Shown here one piece after another: positions 42,488 through 51,922 of a DNA stretch of 64,000 bases (within the stretch, counting starts at the first letter, position 1; each line of letters begins with the position of its first letter). Both the position numbers and the translations under genes were made by a program. Under the pieces are notes generated by a model, which was given only the letters and a program-made list of their open reading frames with translations, was not told where the DNA came from and did not search any database. Source of the stretch: an uncultured delta proteobacterium (lineage in GTDB: Bacteria > Desulfobacterota > Binatia > UBA9968); contig CAVSHR010000005.1 in the NCBI GenBank assembly GCA_963727625.1, positions 576,001 to 640,000 on the forward strand. The letters are read 5' to 3'.

Positions 42488-42798
42488 CTATTTTATCACA
42501 TTCGCCATACGATCGAAGACCTTGCCGCTCAACTGCCGGCTTTCGTCGCGCAGGATATTTTTCTGCACCTTGGAACTCGGCGTTTTGGGCAGCTCGCTGC
42601 GCGCGCCGGTGCGGTCCGCCAGCTGCCCCCAGAGCGGCTGAGCGATCATGCCCACTAGCGGCGAGATCGCCAGGATCAGACCCACTTCCGTGCCGCTGAG
42701 AGCGGCGTTCTCCCGCAGCTAAAGACTAAAATAGGAATAAAATCCAGTGAGCAGAAATAAACGAACCAAAAAGACGTGAGCGGAACGGAATGCCACAT
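42488..42798 (-). pseudogene. Fusion scar: MFS 5' fragment (42596-42798) joined to CoA-ligase 3' fragment (42488-42595)
   Basis: ...WGQLADRTGARS|ELPKTPSSKVQKNILRDESRQ; copies of 35355-35561 and 48266-48373; the MFS part contains a premature TAG. Confidence 0.9.
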
Positions 42799-42950
42799 GA
42801 GTCAACGCCGAGTTTCTCCGGAGTCTGTTTGCAGCCACAAGTTTGGCGCGCTGCTGCCGGAGCACTGCCACGCGACCGTCCGGCGCCGCGATCCGTCCTC
42901 GGATTCGCTGCCCAGTCCGTTGGATGAGATCGATCGGATGCGCGGCGAGA

Positions 42951-43784
42951 TCACTTGGACCGGCTCAACCACCGCCGGTATAAGCTTTTCCAGCGCGGCG
43001 GGTCCGGCACGCGCCGCGCCATGATCAGCTTGACACGAAACTTGAGCGAAAGGTCGCCGCCTTGGGCGTCCACGGCTGCGCGCGCGATCCCCGCGAGCTC
43101 GCCCTGTTCGGAATCCGACAGGCTGCGAAAGCGGTTCAACGACCGAAGCAAACTTTCCAGCCCGGCTCCGTCGTAACTCCGCTCCACGGCGTACAGCCGC
43201 CTAGCGATCCGCCCGAAGCTGCCGCTTTCCTGAAACTGTTTCTCAAACGGCCATTTTTCTCCGGCTTGGACTTGGTCATGATCGCGTCTCAAGATTCGCT
43301 TCACAGGATCGGGCAGCGCCGACGACGTCGCGTCGGCAACGGCGTTGAAGACCGCCAGCGTACCGCCGGGACGCAGAATTTGGGCTGCCTTGATGAATCG
43401 AATCCGGCGCGGCACCCAGTGAAACGCCGTTGCCGAATAAACCAGATCAAATGGCGGCTCTTCCACGTGCCAGGCTTCAAACGCCTCGGTCACGATCTTG
43501 ACCCGGTCGTGGGCGCTCAACCGCTGTCTGGCGATCTCGGCCAAAGCGGGCGCGGGCTCGAGGCCCAAAAGCTCCAAGCCGCGCGCGGCAAAGGAGCCTG
43601 TCGCCTGGCCGGTGCCGCAGCCGATTTCCAGCGCTCTCGCTCCGGCCGGAGCTTCGGCATATGCCAGAACGTCATCAATCAGCTCGTCCGGATAACTCGG
43701 TCGGGCGCGATCGTAGACTTCGGCGACGGCATTGTAGTTGGTGCGAGGCTCGAAAAGCGCGAAGCGATTTGAAGCATTGTCCAT
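42951..43784 (-). CDS. Class I SAM-dependent methyltransferase
   Basis: YDRARPSYP, LEIGCGTGQAT, FDLVYSATAFHW, LRPGG. Confidence 0.9.
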   Translation of the reverse strand: MDNASNRFALFEPRTNYNAVAEVYDRARPSYPDELIDDVLAYAEAPAGARALEIGCGTGQATGSFAARGLELLGLEPAPALAEIARQRLSAHDRVKIVTEAFEAWHVEEPPFDLVYSATAFHWVPRRIRFIKAAQILRPGGTLAVFNAVADATSSALPDPVKRILRRDHDQVQAGEKWPFEKQFQESGSFGRIARRLYAVERSYDGAGLESLLRSLNRFRSLSDSEQGELAGIARAAVDAQGGDLSLKFRVKLIMARRVPDPPRWKSLYRRWLSRSK

Positions 43785-43931
43785 TTTTATGCTGTGGATT
43801 CTGGCCTCCGCTCTGATAGAAGTCAATTGTTTCCGGCACGAATTGGCCGGTCAGCGCTTCGCTCGCGAGATCACCGCTGGGTTCCGGAGGAGAAACCGGT
43901 TCAACAGCCTCGACCGGCCGCGAGAATCGCC

Positions 43932-44489
43932 ATGAATAACCCTTGCGACACGCCGAGCACACTCCACACCATCGGCCATTCGACGCGAAATTTTTCGTCC
44001 TTCGCTGAATTGCTGGCCGCCCATTCGATGCGCTTGGTGATCGACGTGCGGCGCTGGCCGGCGTCGCGCCGCTATCCCCACTTCAACCGCGAGCCTCTCG
44101 CCGCAGCGTTAAAAGAGAGCGGCATCGATTATCTCTGGCGCGGCGATCTGGGCGGCTTTCGCAAACCGCAACCCGGCTCACTCAACACGGGATGGCGGGT
44201 CGCAGCCTTCCGCGCCTATGGCGATTTCATGCTGACAGAGGCGTTCGAGCGCATCGCTAAGGAGATCGAAGCGCGCGCCGAACGGTCGCCCAGCGCGCTC
44301 ATGTGCGCGGAGGCGGTACCCTGGCGCTGCCACCGCCGGCTGCTCGCCGATGCGTTCCTGGTACGCGGCTGGACCGTGCGGCATATCATGGATGACGGAT
44401 GCCATGAACATGGGCTGACGGAATTCGCCGCAGTCGACGGGATTCGGATCGTTTACGAAAAGCGCCCTTCTTGCGGCGAAATCCGATGA
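43932..44489 (+). CDS. DUF488 family protein
   Basis: TIGHSTR, DVRRWPASRRYPHF, LMCAEAVPWRCHR. Confidence 0.9.
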   Translation: MNNPCDTPSTLHTIGHSTRNFSSFAELLAAHSMRLVIDVRRWPASRRYPHFNREPLAAALKESGIDYLWRGDLGGFRKPQPGSLNTGWRVAAFRAYGDFMLTEAFERIAKEIEARAERSPSALMCAEAVPWRCHRRLLADAFLVRGWTVRHIMDDGCHEHGLTEFAAVDGIRIVYEKRPSCGEIR

Positions 44490-44743
44490 ACCGCCGCTTC
44501 GCATTCGTATTGCGCTCGAATTCAGTCTGAACGGTGTCCTCTTTCCATCCACGGCAGAGAGCCACGATCAGGCACGGGACATCCGAACCTCTGCGCAGGA
44601 TCGTGCCGCTCCGCTCGTCGATGATCTTGGAGTCGAGTCGCTTGCCCTGGAAAGCGCGAAAGTATATGAATCTTACTTGCGCGAGGCTCCCGAACTCGCT
44701 CGATAGTGGCCCCGCCCGGCGTAACGGGCGAACCAAATTCCCT

Positions 44744-45001
44744 ATGGCAGCCGCAGATATTCGCAATAAGATCGAGACCATCCTGCGCAAGACCAATCAG
44801 ATCAAGCCAAAAGATCCGGTGCCCGAGAGACTCGTGCTGTTCACTCAGGAGGGCTCGGCGGATTCGGTGACGGCTTTGAAAGTGATCATGCAGATCGAAG
44901 AGACCTTCGGCATTACCGTCGAAGACGACGAAATCCTGCCGCAAAATTTTGAAACCCTGTCGGGCCTGGTTCGGTTCATAGAGAAAAAGCTCGACGGCTA
45001 G
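44744..45001 (+). CDS. Acyl/aminoacyl carrier protein ACP2
   Basis: ADSVTALKVIMQIEETFGITVEDDEILPQNFETL. Confidence 0.85.
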   Translation: MAAADIRNKIETILRKTNQIKPKDPVPERLVLFTQEGSADSVTALKVIMQIEETFGITVEDDEILPQNFETLSGLVRFIEKKLDG

Positions 45002-45268
45002 TGAATGCGGGCTTCGTCCGCAAGCAAAACTCGCGGTCTTCACTGGCGAAGGCTGTTCGCGCTGCGGGCGGTTTAGCATCATGATATTTCGCCCGTGGGG
45101 ATGCGGCCGAAAAGCCCCTTGATCTTCGATTCGAGAATACCGGGCGACCGATAGAGCTAATTTTCCGGCAAGCGAACGCTCCGGACCGTTACCATCGCCG
45201 GGACCCGAACGGCGCCGTCAGTCCGGTTTCGGCCGCGCCGACGATGTTCCCAAGGCAAAGCGATTGCT

Positions 45269-46726
45269 ATGTTGTATCGAGCGCTGGAAAGTACCGCGAG
45301 GAAATATCCCGACAAGCTGGCCGTCGTCGGTCCACACCGAAAATATACCTTCTCAGAACTGTTGCAGCAGGTTCGCAGCGTCGCGCTCTATCTCCAGAAA
45401 CAGGGCTTCGGACCGGGCGACCATCTGGTCATGGGGATTCCCCCCAGTCCGGAGTTCTACCTGGTCTTTTTCGCCGCGGCGGCGCTAGGAATGACCACCA
45501 TCCCGGCGCCCCCCTCCGGCAAGCTTCCGTCGGCGGTCAGACCCTTCGAGCCTCTCCTGCTCGCGGGCAGCGAAGAGTTCATCTCGAACGTCTTAGCGAG
45601 CGGGATCGGCTGCAAACATAAGATCCTGTGGGAAGCGAAGCGGGGATTGGCGATTTCTCCGCCGAAAGGCCGCTTCCTGCGAAAAAAGTTTTTCAAGCAG
45701 CGGCCAGTCCTCGGCACCTTCTCTTCCGGCACCACCGGCGAGCCGGTGATTTTTGAGCGCACCGCACAGTATCTGTTCCAGCGCGCCCACCTAGGCGCGG
45801 CTGCCTGGCGCATTACGCCGGACGACACGCTGCTCGCGACCGGTCCGTTTACCAGCGGTCTCAACACCACCAATCATCTGGTTCTACCCATGGTGCAGGG
45901 AACCAAGGTGGTGGTGCTGGAGAACTTCCACCGCCGCCAGGTCGTCGACGCCATTGCCCGCGAGCGCGTCACCGTGCTGTTCGTCGTGCCGATGGTCTTC
46001 GATGTGCTGGCACGGCTCCCAGCCGGTTACGACGCGGACTTTTCCTCCTTGCGCTGCTGCATCGCGGGCGGCACTCACCTGCCGAAGGAGATCGCCGAGC
46101 GCGTTTATCGGCGCTTCGGCCTGCGCATCGCTCAGGGCTACGGCGGCGCCCACTTCACGCCCGCGTTCACGGTCAATCTCGACGGCGTGCCCGGCTCCGT
46201 CGGCCGCGCCGACGGCCTGTTTCCGGTGAAAATCGTCAACGACCATGGAAAAGCCGTCGCGCCGAGCGGCGTGGGCGAGATCGTTTTCGATCTCGGCAAG
46301 CTCAAGATCGCCTGGGCCATGGCGGTTCTACAAAAAAATCCCAATCGGAAGGGCGGTTTTGTTTTTACGGGCGATTTGGGCCGGCTCGACGACGACGGCA
46401 ATCTATACATCGTCGGCCGCAAAGCGCTGCTCATCAAAGTGGGCGCCAACCGCGTCGCCCCCGCGGAAGTCGAGGACGCGCTGCGCACCCATCCCCATGT
46501 TCAAGACGCCATCGTATTCGCGGTTCGACCGGGACAGACCGACGAAGCGGTGGGTGCCGTGGTGGTGCCGGCCCGTCCGGTCACCGCCGGGGAGCTGATC
46601 GCGCATTGCGCTCGACGGCTCGACCCCTACAAATGCCCGCAGACCATTTCGTTTCGAAAATCGCTGCCGCGAAACGCCCACGGCAAAGTGATTCGCCGTC
46701 TCCCTCGACGCTCGACGGGGGGCTAG
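45269..46726 (+). CDS. Adenylate-forming enzyme A3 (intact)
   Basis: FSSGTTGEP, YGGAH, FTGDLG, GRKALLIK, LPRNAHGK. Confidence 0.9.
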   Translation: MLYRALESTARKYPDKLAVVGPHRKYTFSELLQQVRSVALYLQKQGFGPGDHLVMGIPPSPEFYLVFFAAAALGMTTIPAPPSGKLPSAVRPFEPLLLAGSEEFISNVLASGIGCKHKILWEAKRGLAISPPKGRFLRKKFFKQRPVLGTFSSGTTGEPVIFERTAQYLFQRAHLGAAAWRITPDDTLLATGPFTSGLNTTNHLVLPMVQGTKVVVLENFHRRQVVDAIARERVTVLFVVPMVFDVLARLPAGYDADFSSLRCCIAGGTHLPKEIAERVYRRFGLRIAQGYGGAHFTPAFTVNLDGVPGSVGRADGLFPVKIVNDHGKAVAPSGVGEIVFDLGKLKIAWAMAVLQKNPNRKGGFVFTGDLGRLDDDGNLYIVGRKALLIKVGANRVAPAEVEDALRTHPHVQDAIVFAVRPGQTDEAVGAVVVPARPVTAGELIAHCARRLDPYKCPQTISFRKSLPRNAHGKVIRRLPRRSTGG

Positions 46727-46791
46727 AGCAATGGTGCGCATCGACAGCGGCCGCGTTTACTTGCGCGCGAAACTTTAGTAGTTTGATCGCC

Positions 46792-47220
46792 ATGAAAGCC
46801 GTCGCTTTCCTCCTGACCGCGTCGCAATTTTCTTTGGGATTCTGCCGGCCGGCGCTCAGCCGAACCGCTCGAGCGGCGATCCCGGGATATTCCTATGTCA
46901 TCGCGTCGGCGGCGGCCAAGCACCTGGGCTATTATCGCGAATACAATCTTGACGTCGAGCTGGTCCGCATTTCGGTCGGACTGGGAGTCAAGGCGCTGGT
47001 GACCGGGGATGTCGAATTCGCAGCCATGGGCTCGGGACTTTTCTCCGCCATTCTCGGCGGCGCCCCCGTGCGAATTATCATGAGCTCGTTTCACCAGCCG
47101 CTTTTTCTGCTCTACGGCAAACCCGAATTGAAGACGCTGGCGGAGCTCAAACAGAAAAAAGTCGGCGTCCCGGCTCTGGGCACCACCGGCGGCTCACCGA
47201 GTGTTAGGTCGAAGGCCTGA
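46792..47220 (+). pseudogene. Truncated paralog of the 40396-41352 binding protein
   Basis: AIPGYSYVIA...EFAAMGSGLFSAILGG...KVGVPALGT, then stops at about 140 aa. Confidence 0.8.
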
Positions 47221-47302
47221 TATAGACGGCGCCGCGAACGGCGAGCGCCGACGGCTGGATCCATTCAGCGCCCGTTCCCTTGATCTCTTTGGGCGTGAAA
47301 CA

Positions 47303-48181
47303 ATGAAATTTTCGCTCTATCCGCTTCTCTTCCGCGCTCCTGCGGTTCAACGCCTGAGCCGGAAGATGCCTCCGGAAACCCTGCTGGCGCTCTGTCGTTT
47401 TACAACGGGTTTCTCGCGCCGCTTCAATCCGCACACGCAGCGATACCTGGGGCCGCTGCTCAGCGTCATCGAGCCCCACGTCGACAGCGTCCGCGCGCGC
47501 GAAATCGCGGCTAACTTTCTGGCCTACCGCCGATACGCCGACCATCTTCCCCACCTCTGGGAGGAGCAATCCCGGCGCGGGCGAAAGTTCTTCGCCATCG
47601 AAGGCGAAGAACATATCAAAAACGCGCGGGCCGATGGAAAAGGAGCGATCATCCTCTGCAGCCACCTCTTCGGCATCAATCGCTTGATTCCTGCCGTCAT
47701 CGCGGCGTTCGGTTATCCGATCTGGCGCGTCGGCGGTTGGGACGAAGAGGCCATGACGCAGCTTTGGGGCGATCACGACCAGCGGCCGTGGAAGAAAATT
47801 TTTCTCACCAAGGATCGTTGGAAACGGCTCCGCGCCGCCAAACAAGTTGCCGCAGCGCTCAAAGACAACGGCTTGGTTCTCATGTCGATGTCGAACCGCC
47901 CCACCGGCAGCCCGGACGCGGAGGTCTGCGCGTTCGGAAAGAAATTTTACGCCGACCCGGCGCTGCTGCCGCTTTTCGAGCATCTCGATACGGCGGTGCT
48001 TCCCTGCTTCGGGCTCTGCGATGAGCGCGGCCGCCTACGTATCATCGTTCATGCGCCGCTCCGCGGCTCGGACGAAGAGATTCTGCGGGCCTATTGCCGG
48101 CTCTTTTCCGAGTATCTGTTTAAGTACCCCGAATTCTGCCACTTCTGGAAGCCCCTGGTGCAGCAGAGAGCCAAGTGGTGA
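47303..48181 (+). CDS. Lipid A late-acyltransferase-like protein AT3 (intact)
   Basis: IEGEEHIKNARADGKGAIILCSH, AVLPCF, YPEFCHFWKPL. Confidence 0.8.
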   Translation: MKFSLYPLLFRAPAVQRLSRKMPPETLLALCRFTTGFSRRFNPHTQRYLGPLLSVIEPHVDSVRAREIAANFLAYRRYADHLPHLWEEQSRRGRKFFAIEGEEHIKNARADGKGAIILCSHLFGINRLIPAVIAAFGYPIWRVGGWDEEAMTQLWGDHDQRPWKKIFLTKDRWKRLRAAKQVAAALKDNGLVLMSMSNRPTGSPDAEVCAFGKKFYADPALLPLFEHLDTAVLPCFGLCDERGRLRIIVHAPLRGSDEEILRAYCRLFSEYLFKYPEFCHFWKPLVQQRAKW

Positions 48182-48265
48182 GCGGATTGGCAACTACGGG
48201 TGTCCGAAGCTCGGAACCCAGCTGGCCTCTTCGGCGACCGGACGCGTTCTAGATAAGAAGGAGCT

Positions 48266-49848
48266 TTATTTCGTCGGCTGCGCGGCGCGGTCATAGACGC
48301 GGCCGCCCGACTGCCGGCTTTCGTCGCGCAGGATATTTTTCTGCACTTTTGAGCTCGGTGTCTTGGGCAACTCCGCGCGGTATTCGATGTAGCGCGGCAC
48401 TTTGAAAGCCGCGAGGTGAAGTTTGCAGAAGTTCCAGATCTCTTTGGGCGGGACGGTTTCCGGCGTCGCCGGCGGTTTTAAGACAATATAAACTTTCACC
48501 TCTTCGCCGCGGATCTGATCGGGTACCGCGATCACCGCTGACTCGGCAACCTGCCGATGGGAGTTGAGCACGCGCTCCACTTCTTCCGACGAAATATTTT
48601 CATCGCCGCGCCGAACCATGTCTTTAACACGGTCGACGAAATAGAGGTATCCGTCCTCGTCGAGGTAGCCGAGATCGCCGGTGTAAAGCCAGCCGTTCTT
48701 TAAAGCTTTTGCGGTCGCTTCCGGGATTTTTGTAATAACCTCTTCATCACCGTCGGACTTTGTTTGACGATCTCGCCGGCTTCTCCCGGCGCGAGCCCGC
48801 GACCGGTTTCATCATGAATCGCAACCCGATGAACCTCCGGCGCCAGCGGCACACCGCAGCTGCCGAGCTTTTCTTTGGGCATATTTTGCGGTCCGATCAG
48901 ACTCAAAATATCTTCGGTCAAACTGTATGACGGCACCCCTTTGACACCGAATCTCTCTTCGAAGCGCAAGTGCATCTCCGGCGACAACAGGGTCACGATC
49001 AGACGCAACGGATTGTCGCGATCATCGGGCTTTTCCGGCAGGCTTAACAGGATCTGCGGGATCGTACGCATCAAGCTCGAAGTCGTGATGCCGTGCTCGC
49101 GCACGTCGTCCCAGAAGCGCGACGCACTGAATTTTTCCACGAGCACGATGCTGCCGCCGACCGAGAGCATGGCGATGCAGGTGTGGCAAAGCGCGTTGAC
49201 GTGAAACAGCGGCAGTACGCAGAGTACCCTGTCTGTTTCATTCCAGCCCAAACCCTGCGCGCGCATGCGCGGCGCAAATGCGTAAGCGTACTGCGACAAC
49301 ATCACGCCCTTGGGCCGATCCGTGGTACCGCTGGTGTATGTGATCGAAGCGAGACCCTCGGGATCGATCGAGATGTCGGCTGAAGCCTCGGCACCCCCTG
49401 CCAACAATTTGTCCCACGATAGCGCGCTCGATGGTTCGCCCGGCGCCGTGACGATGACTTGTTTGAGATCCGGCAGTTTCGCGCGCACCGAATCGAGCAA
49501 CGGCAAAAGCTCCGGCGACGTAAGCACGATCGAAGCCTCCGAGTGGTGCAAAACATACTCGGCTTCCTCGGCTGTGTACTGAGGATTGAGCGGCACGAAT
49601 ACCGCGCCGATCTGGGTCACTGCGAAGGTCGCGAAGAGAAACTCAGCCGAGTTGGGCAGCAAAAACGCGATCCGGTCGCCTTTCTTGACGCCGAGCCCAA
49701 GAAAAGCCTTGGCGACGTGGTCAACCTCACGCTGGAAATCGGTGTAAGTCCAGCGGCGATCCTTAAAGATCAGCGCCAATTTGTCCGGATGTTGTTTTAC
49801 ACGACCGCCGAGCAATTCCGTCAATGTTGCGGGGGATGAATGTTCCAT
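48266..49848 (-). CDS. Acyl-CoA ligase (CaiC-like), interrupted by two +1 frameshifts near 48720-48745
   Basis: YTSGTTDRPKG, YSLTE; removing 2 nt restores MKGYYKNPEAT..GWLYTGDLGY..RRGDENISS..LPKTPSSK. Confidence 0.85.
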
Positions 49849-49850
49849 GG

Positions 49851-51200
49851 CTACCGAAGCCTCTTCGCTTTCTCCAAAACCTCGTCGATAAAATCTTCGG
49901 TGGCGCCGAGATAGTTTTCCGGGCGCGCCAGCGCCTGCCAGTCGATTTCATCCTTCTTGACCGAGCCGCCGGCCATTTTTTTCACGACATCAATCAGCGG
50001 CTTATTTTCCGATACGGCAATAGCACACGCTTTTTTGACCAGCTCTTCGGCTTCGGGCCGCGCCAGCGCTTTCGCCAAAACAAAAACGGCTGCTTCGGCC
50101 AGACTGACATCGTTGGCGCGTGCGATATTGGCCGCCATCGCTTGGGCATCCACTTGCAGATTCTTCGCCAGATCAGCGCCATGCTTCAGCGCGCCGCCGG
50201 TGAGCAAAAGCATTTGTGGCAGCGTCAGCCACTCCACCTGCCAGCCATGCGTCGCTCGCTCGTGTTCCTGGACCTGCGCGTGATGCATGGCTGAGAGCAG
50301 CGACGCATTGCCGCGCGCCGCGGCCAGGATCAACTCGCTGGTGATTGGATTACTCTTCTGCGGCATGGTGCTGCTACCGCCGCGCCCCTGCTCCGCAGAC
50401 TCGCCGACTTCCCCGACTTCAGTCTGCGCCAGCAATATGATATCCTGCGCCATCTTGCCGAGCGAGCCGGTAACAAGACTCAGCCAGCCGGCGAATTCGA
50501 CGATGGAATCCCTTTGCGAGTGCCAGGGCATCGCCGGCAGATTGAGTCCGAGCTCTTTGGCCAGCGCTCCCGCCACCGCCAGCCCTTTGTCGTTTAGCGC
50601 AGCCAGAGTACCAGCCGCGCCACCGAACTGAACGACGAATAACCGCTGTTGCAATTCCTGCAACCGCTCAACATGGCGCAGCAGCGGCGCGAGCCACCCG
50701 GCAACCTTCAAACCGAACGTGATCGGCAACGCTTGTTGCCCATGGGTTCGCCCGGCCAGCACCGTGAGGCGATGGCGCTGCGCGAGGGCGGCTAAATGGC
50801 GCGCGGTCTCGGCGAGCCTAGCCTTGAATACGGAAACCGCAGCGCGCAATTGCAGAACGTTGGCGGTATCCACGATGTCCTGCGTCGTCGCGCCCCAGTG
50901 CACATACGGCGCGCTCTCTGGCGCCACCTGTCGCCGCAGCTCTTGAACCAGAGCGATAACCGGAAAACCGGAGCGAACCGTTCCCTTGGTCAGCGCAGTG
51001 ATGTCAACCTTTCCGGCTTCCACGTTGGCGATCTGTTCCGCCGCACTCGCCGGAATCACACCGACCCGAGCTTCAACACGGGCCAACGCAACTTCCACTT
51101 CGACCAGCGCGCGCACGAACGCCTGGTCAGTCAATAGGGAGGTTATCTCGTCGTCGGTAAAAAGCGGACCGAGGATAGCAGAATCGAGTGGAGTGGCCAT
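49851..51200 (-). CDS. pcaB: 3-carboxy-cis,cis-muconate cycloisomerase
   Basis: VHWGATTQD, GRTHGQQA, GGSSTMPQKSNP, QEHER; pca context. Confidence 0.92.
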   Translation of the reverse strand: MATPLDSAILGPLFTDDEITSLLTDQAFVRALVEVEVALARVEARVGVIPASAAEQIANVEAGKVDITALTKGTVRSGFPVIALVQELRRQVAPESAPYVHWGATTQDIVDTANVLQLRAAVSVFKARLAETARHLAALAQRHRLTVLAGRTHGQQALPITFGLKVAGWLAPLLRHVERLQELQQRLFVVQFGGAAGTLAALNDKGLAVAGALAKELGLNLPAMPWHSQRDSIVEFAGWLSLVTGSLGKMAQDIILLAQTEVGEVGESAEQGRGGSSTMPQKSNPITSELILAAARGNASLLSAMHHAQVQEHERATHGWQVEWLTLPQMLLLTGGALKHGADLAKNLQVDAQAMAANIARANDVSLAEAAVFVLAKALARPEAEELVKKACAIAVSENKPLIDVVKKMAGGSVKKDEIDWQALARPENYLGATEDFIDEVLEKAKRLR

Positions 51201-51229
51201 TGGATTTATCCGCGGAGAACCCTTAAAGC

Positions 51230-51254
51230 GGATCCCTTACTTCGTTCAGAATGA
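51230..51254. repeat. REP-like element (GATCC..CTTCG.TCAGAATGAC family)
   Basis: GATCCCTTACTTCGTTCAGAATGAC; related copies near 57367-57440 and 60632-60657. Confidence 0.6.
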
Positions 51255-51349
51255 CGGATCGAGCGTTGTCAAAATGAGCTCCGCGGAAGCGGTCCAAATG
51301 AGCCGACGTACACGCTTTCCAATACTCCAACACTTTAATCCTCACCCTG

Positions 51350-51922
51350 TCACATATCGAAAAACACCGTTTCGTTTTCTCCTTGCAGGCGAATGTCGAA
51401 GTGATAAACGGTCTTGCCATTCTCCGTACCAGGTAACGCCATCAGAGTCTGGCGCCGCTTCTTGTTTTTGATCGAATTCAGCACCGCATCGTTGGCGTTG
51501 GTCGGCTCGTCGGCGAAGTAAATCCGCGTGTAGGCATGCACCAGCATGCCGCGCGCGAATACGCAGACGTTGATGTGCGGTGCCTGCACGGTATCTTCCG
51601 TGCCAGGCACCGGTCCCGGCTTGATGGTTTCAAAGCTGTAAAAACAGTTTTCATCCGTGCCGGAGCGGCCCCAACCCTTGAAGGTCTCATCCAACGGCTT
51701 CTCTTGTTTATCGTCGGGGTGATTGTAGCGGCCGTAGGAGTTGGCCTGCCAGATTTCTACCATGACGTCGGGAATCGCCACGCCTTCGCCGTCGAAGACC
51801 TGCCCTTCGATGCGAATGCGCTGCCCCTGGGTGGAATCCGTGGCCATCACGTTCATCGGTTTGCGTGTCAGGCCGATGGCGTAAAACGGACCGACGGTTT
51901 GCGAAGGAGTTTCTTTTTTCAT
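51350..51922 (-). CDS. pcaG: Protocatechuate 3,4-dioxygenase alpha subunit
   Basis: ETPSQTVGPF, EIWQAN, QAPHI..FARGM..TRIYF, FDIRLQGENETVFF. Confidence 0.95.
   Translation of the reverse strand: MKKETPSQTVGPFYAIGLTRKPMNVMATDSTQGQRIRIEGQVFDGEGVAIPDVMVEIWQANSYGRYNHPDDKQEKPLDETFKGWGRSGTDENCFYSFETIKPGPVPGTEDTVQAPHINVCVFARGMLVHAYTRIYFADEPTNANDAVLNSIKNKKRRQTLMALPGTENGKTVYHFDIRLQGENETVFFDM

Noticed and set aside
35749-48181. NRPS/PKS secondary-metabolite cluster
   Set aside because: No condensation, ketosynthase or thioesterase domains; the partner is an LPLAT-like transferase.
48715-48750. Programmed ribosomal frameshifting in the CoA ligase or pcaH
   Set aside because: No canonical slippery heptamer with a stimulatory structure at the required sites; simple insertions explain them.
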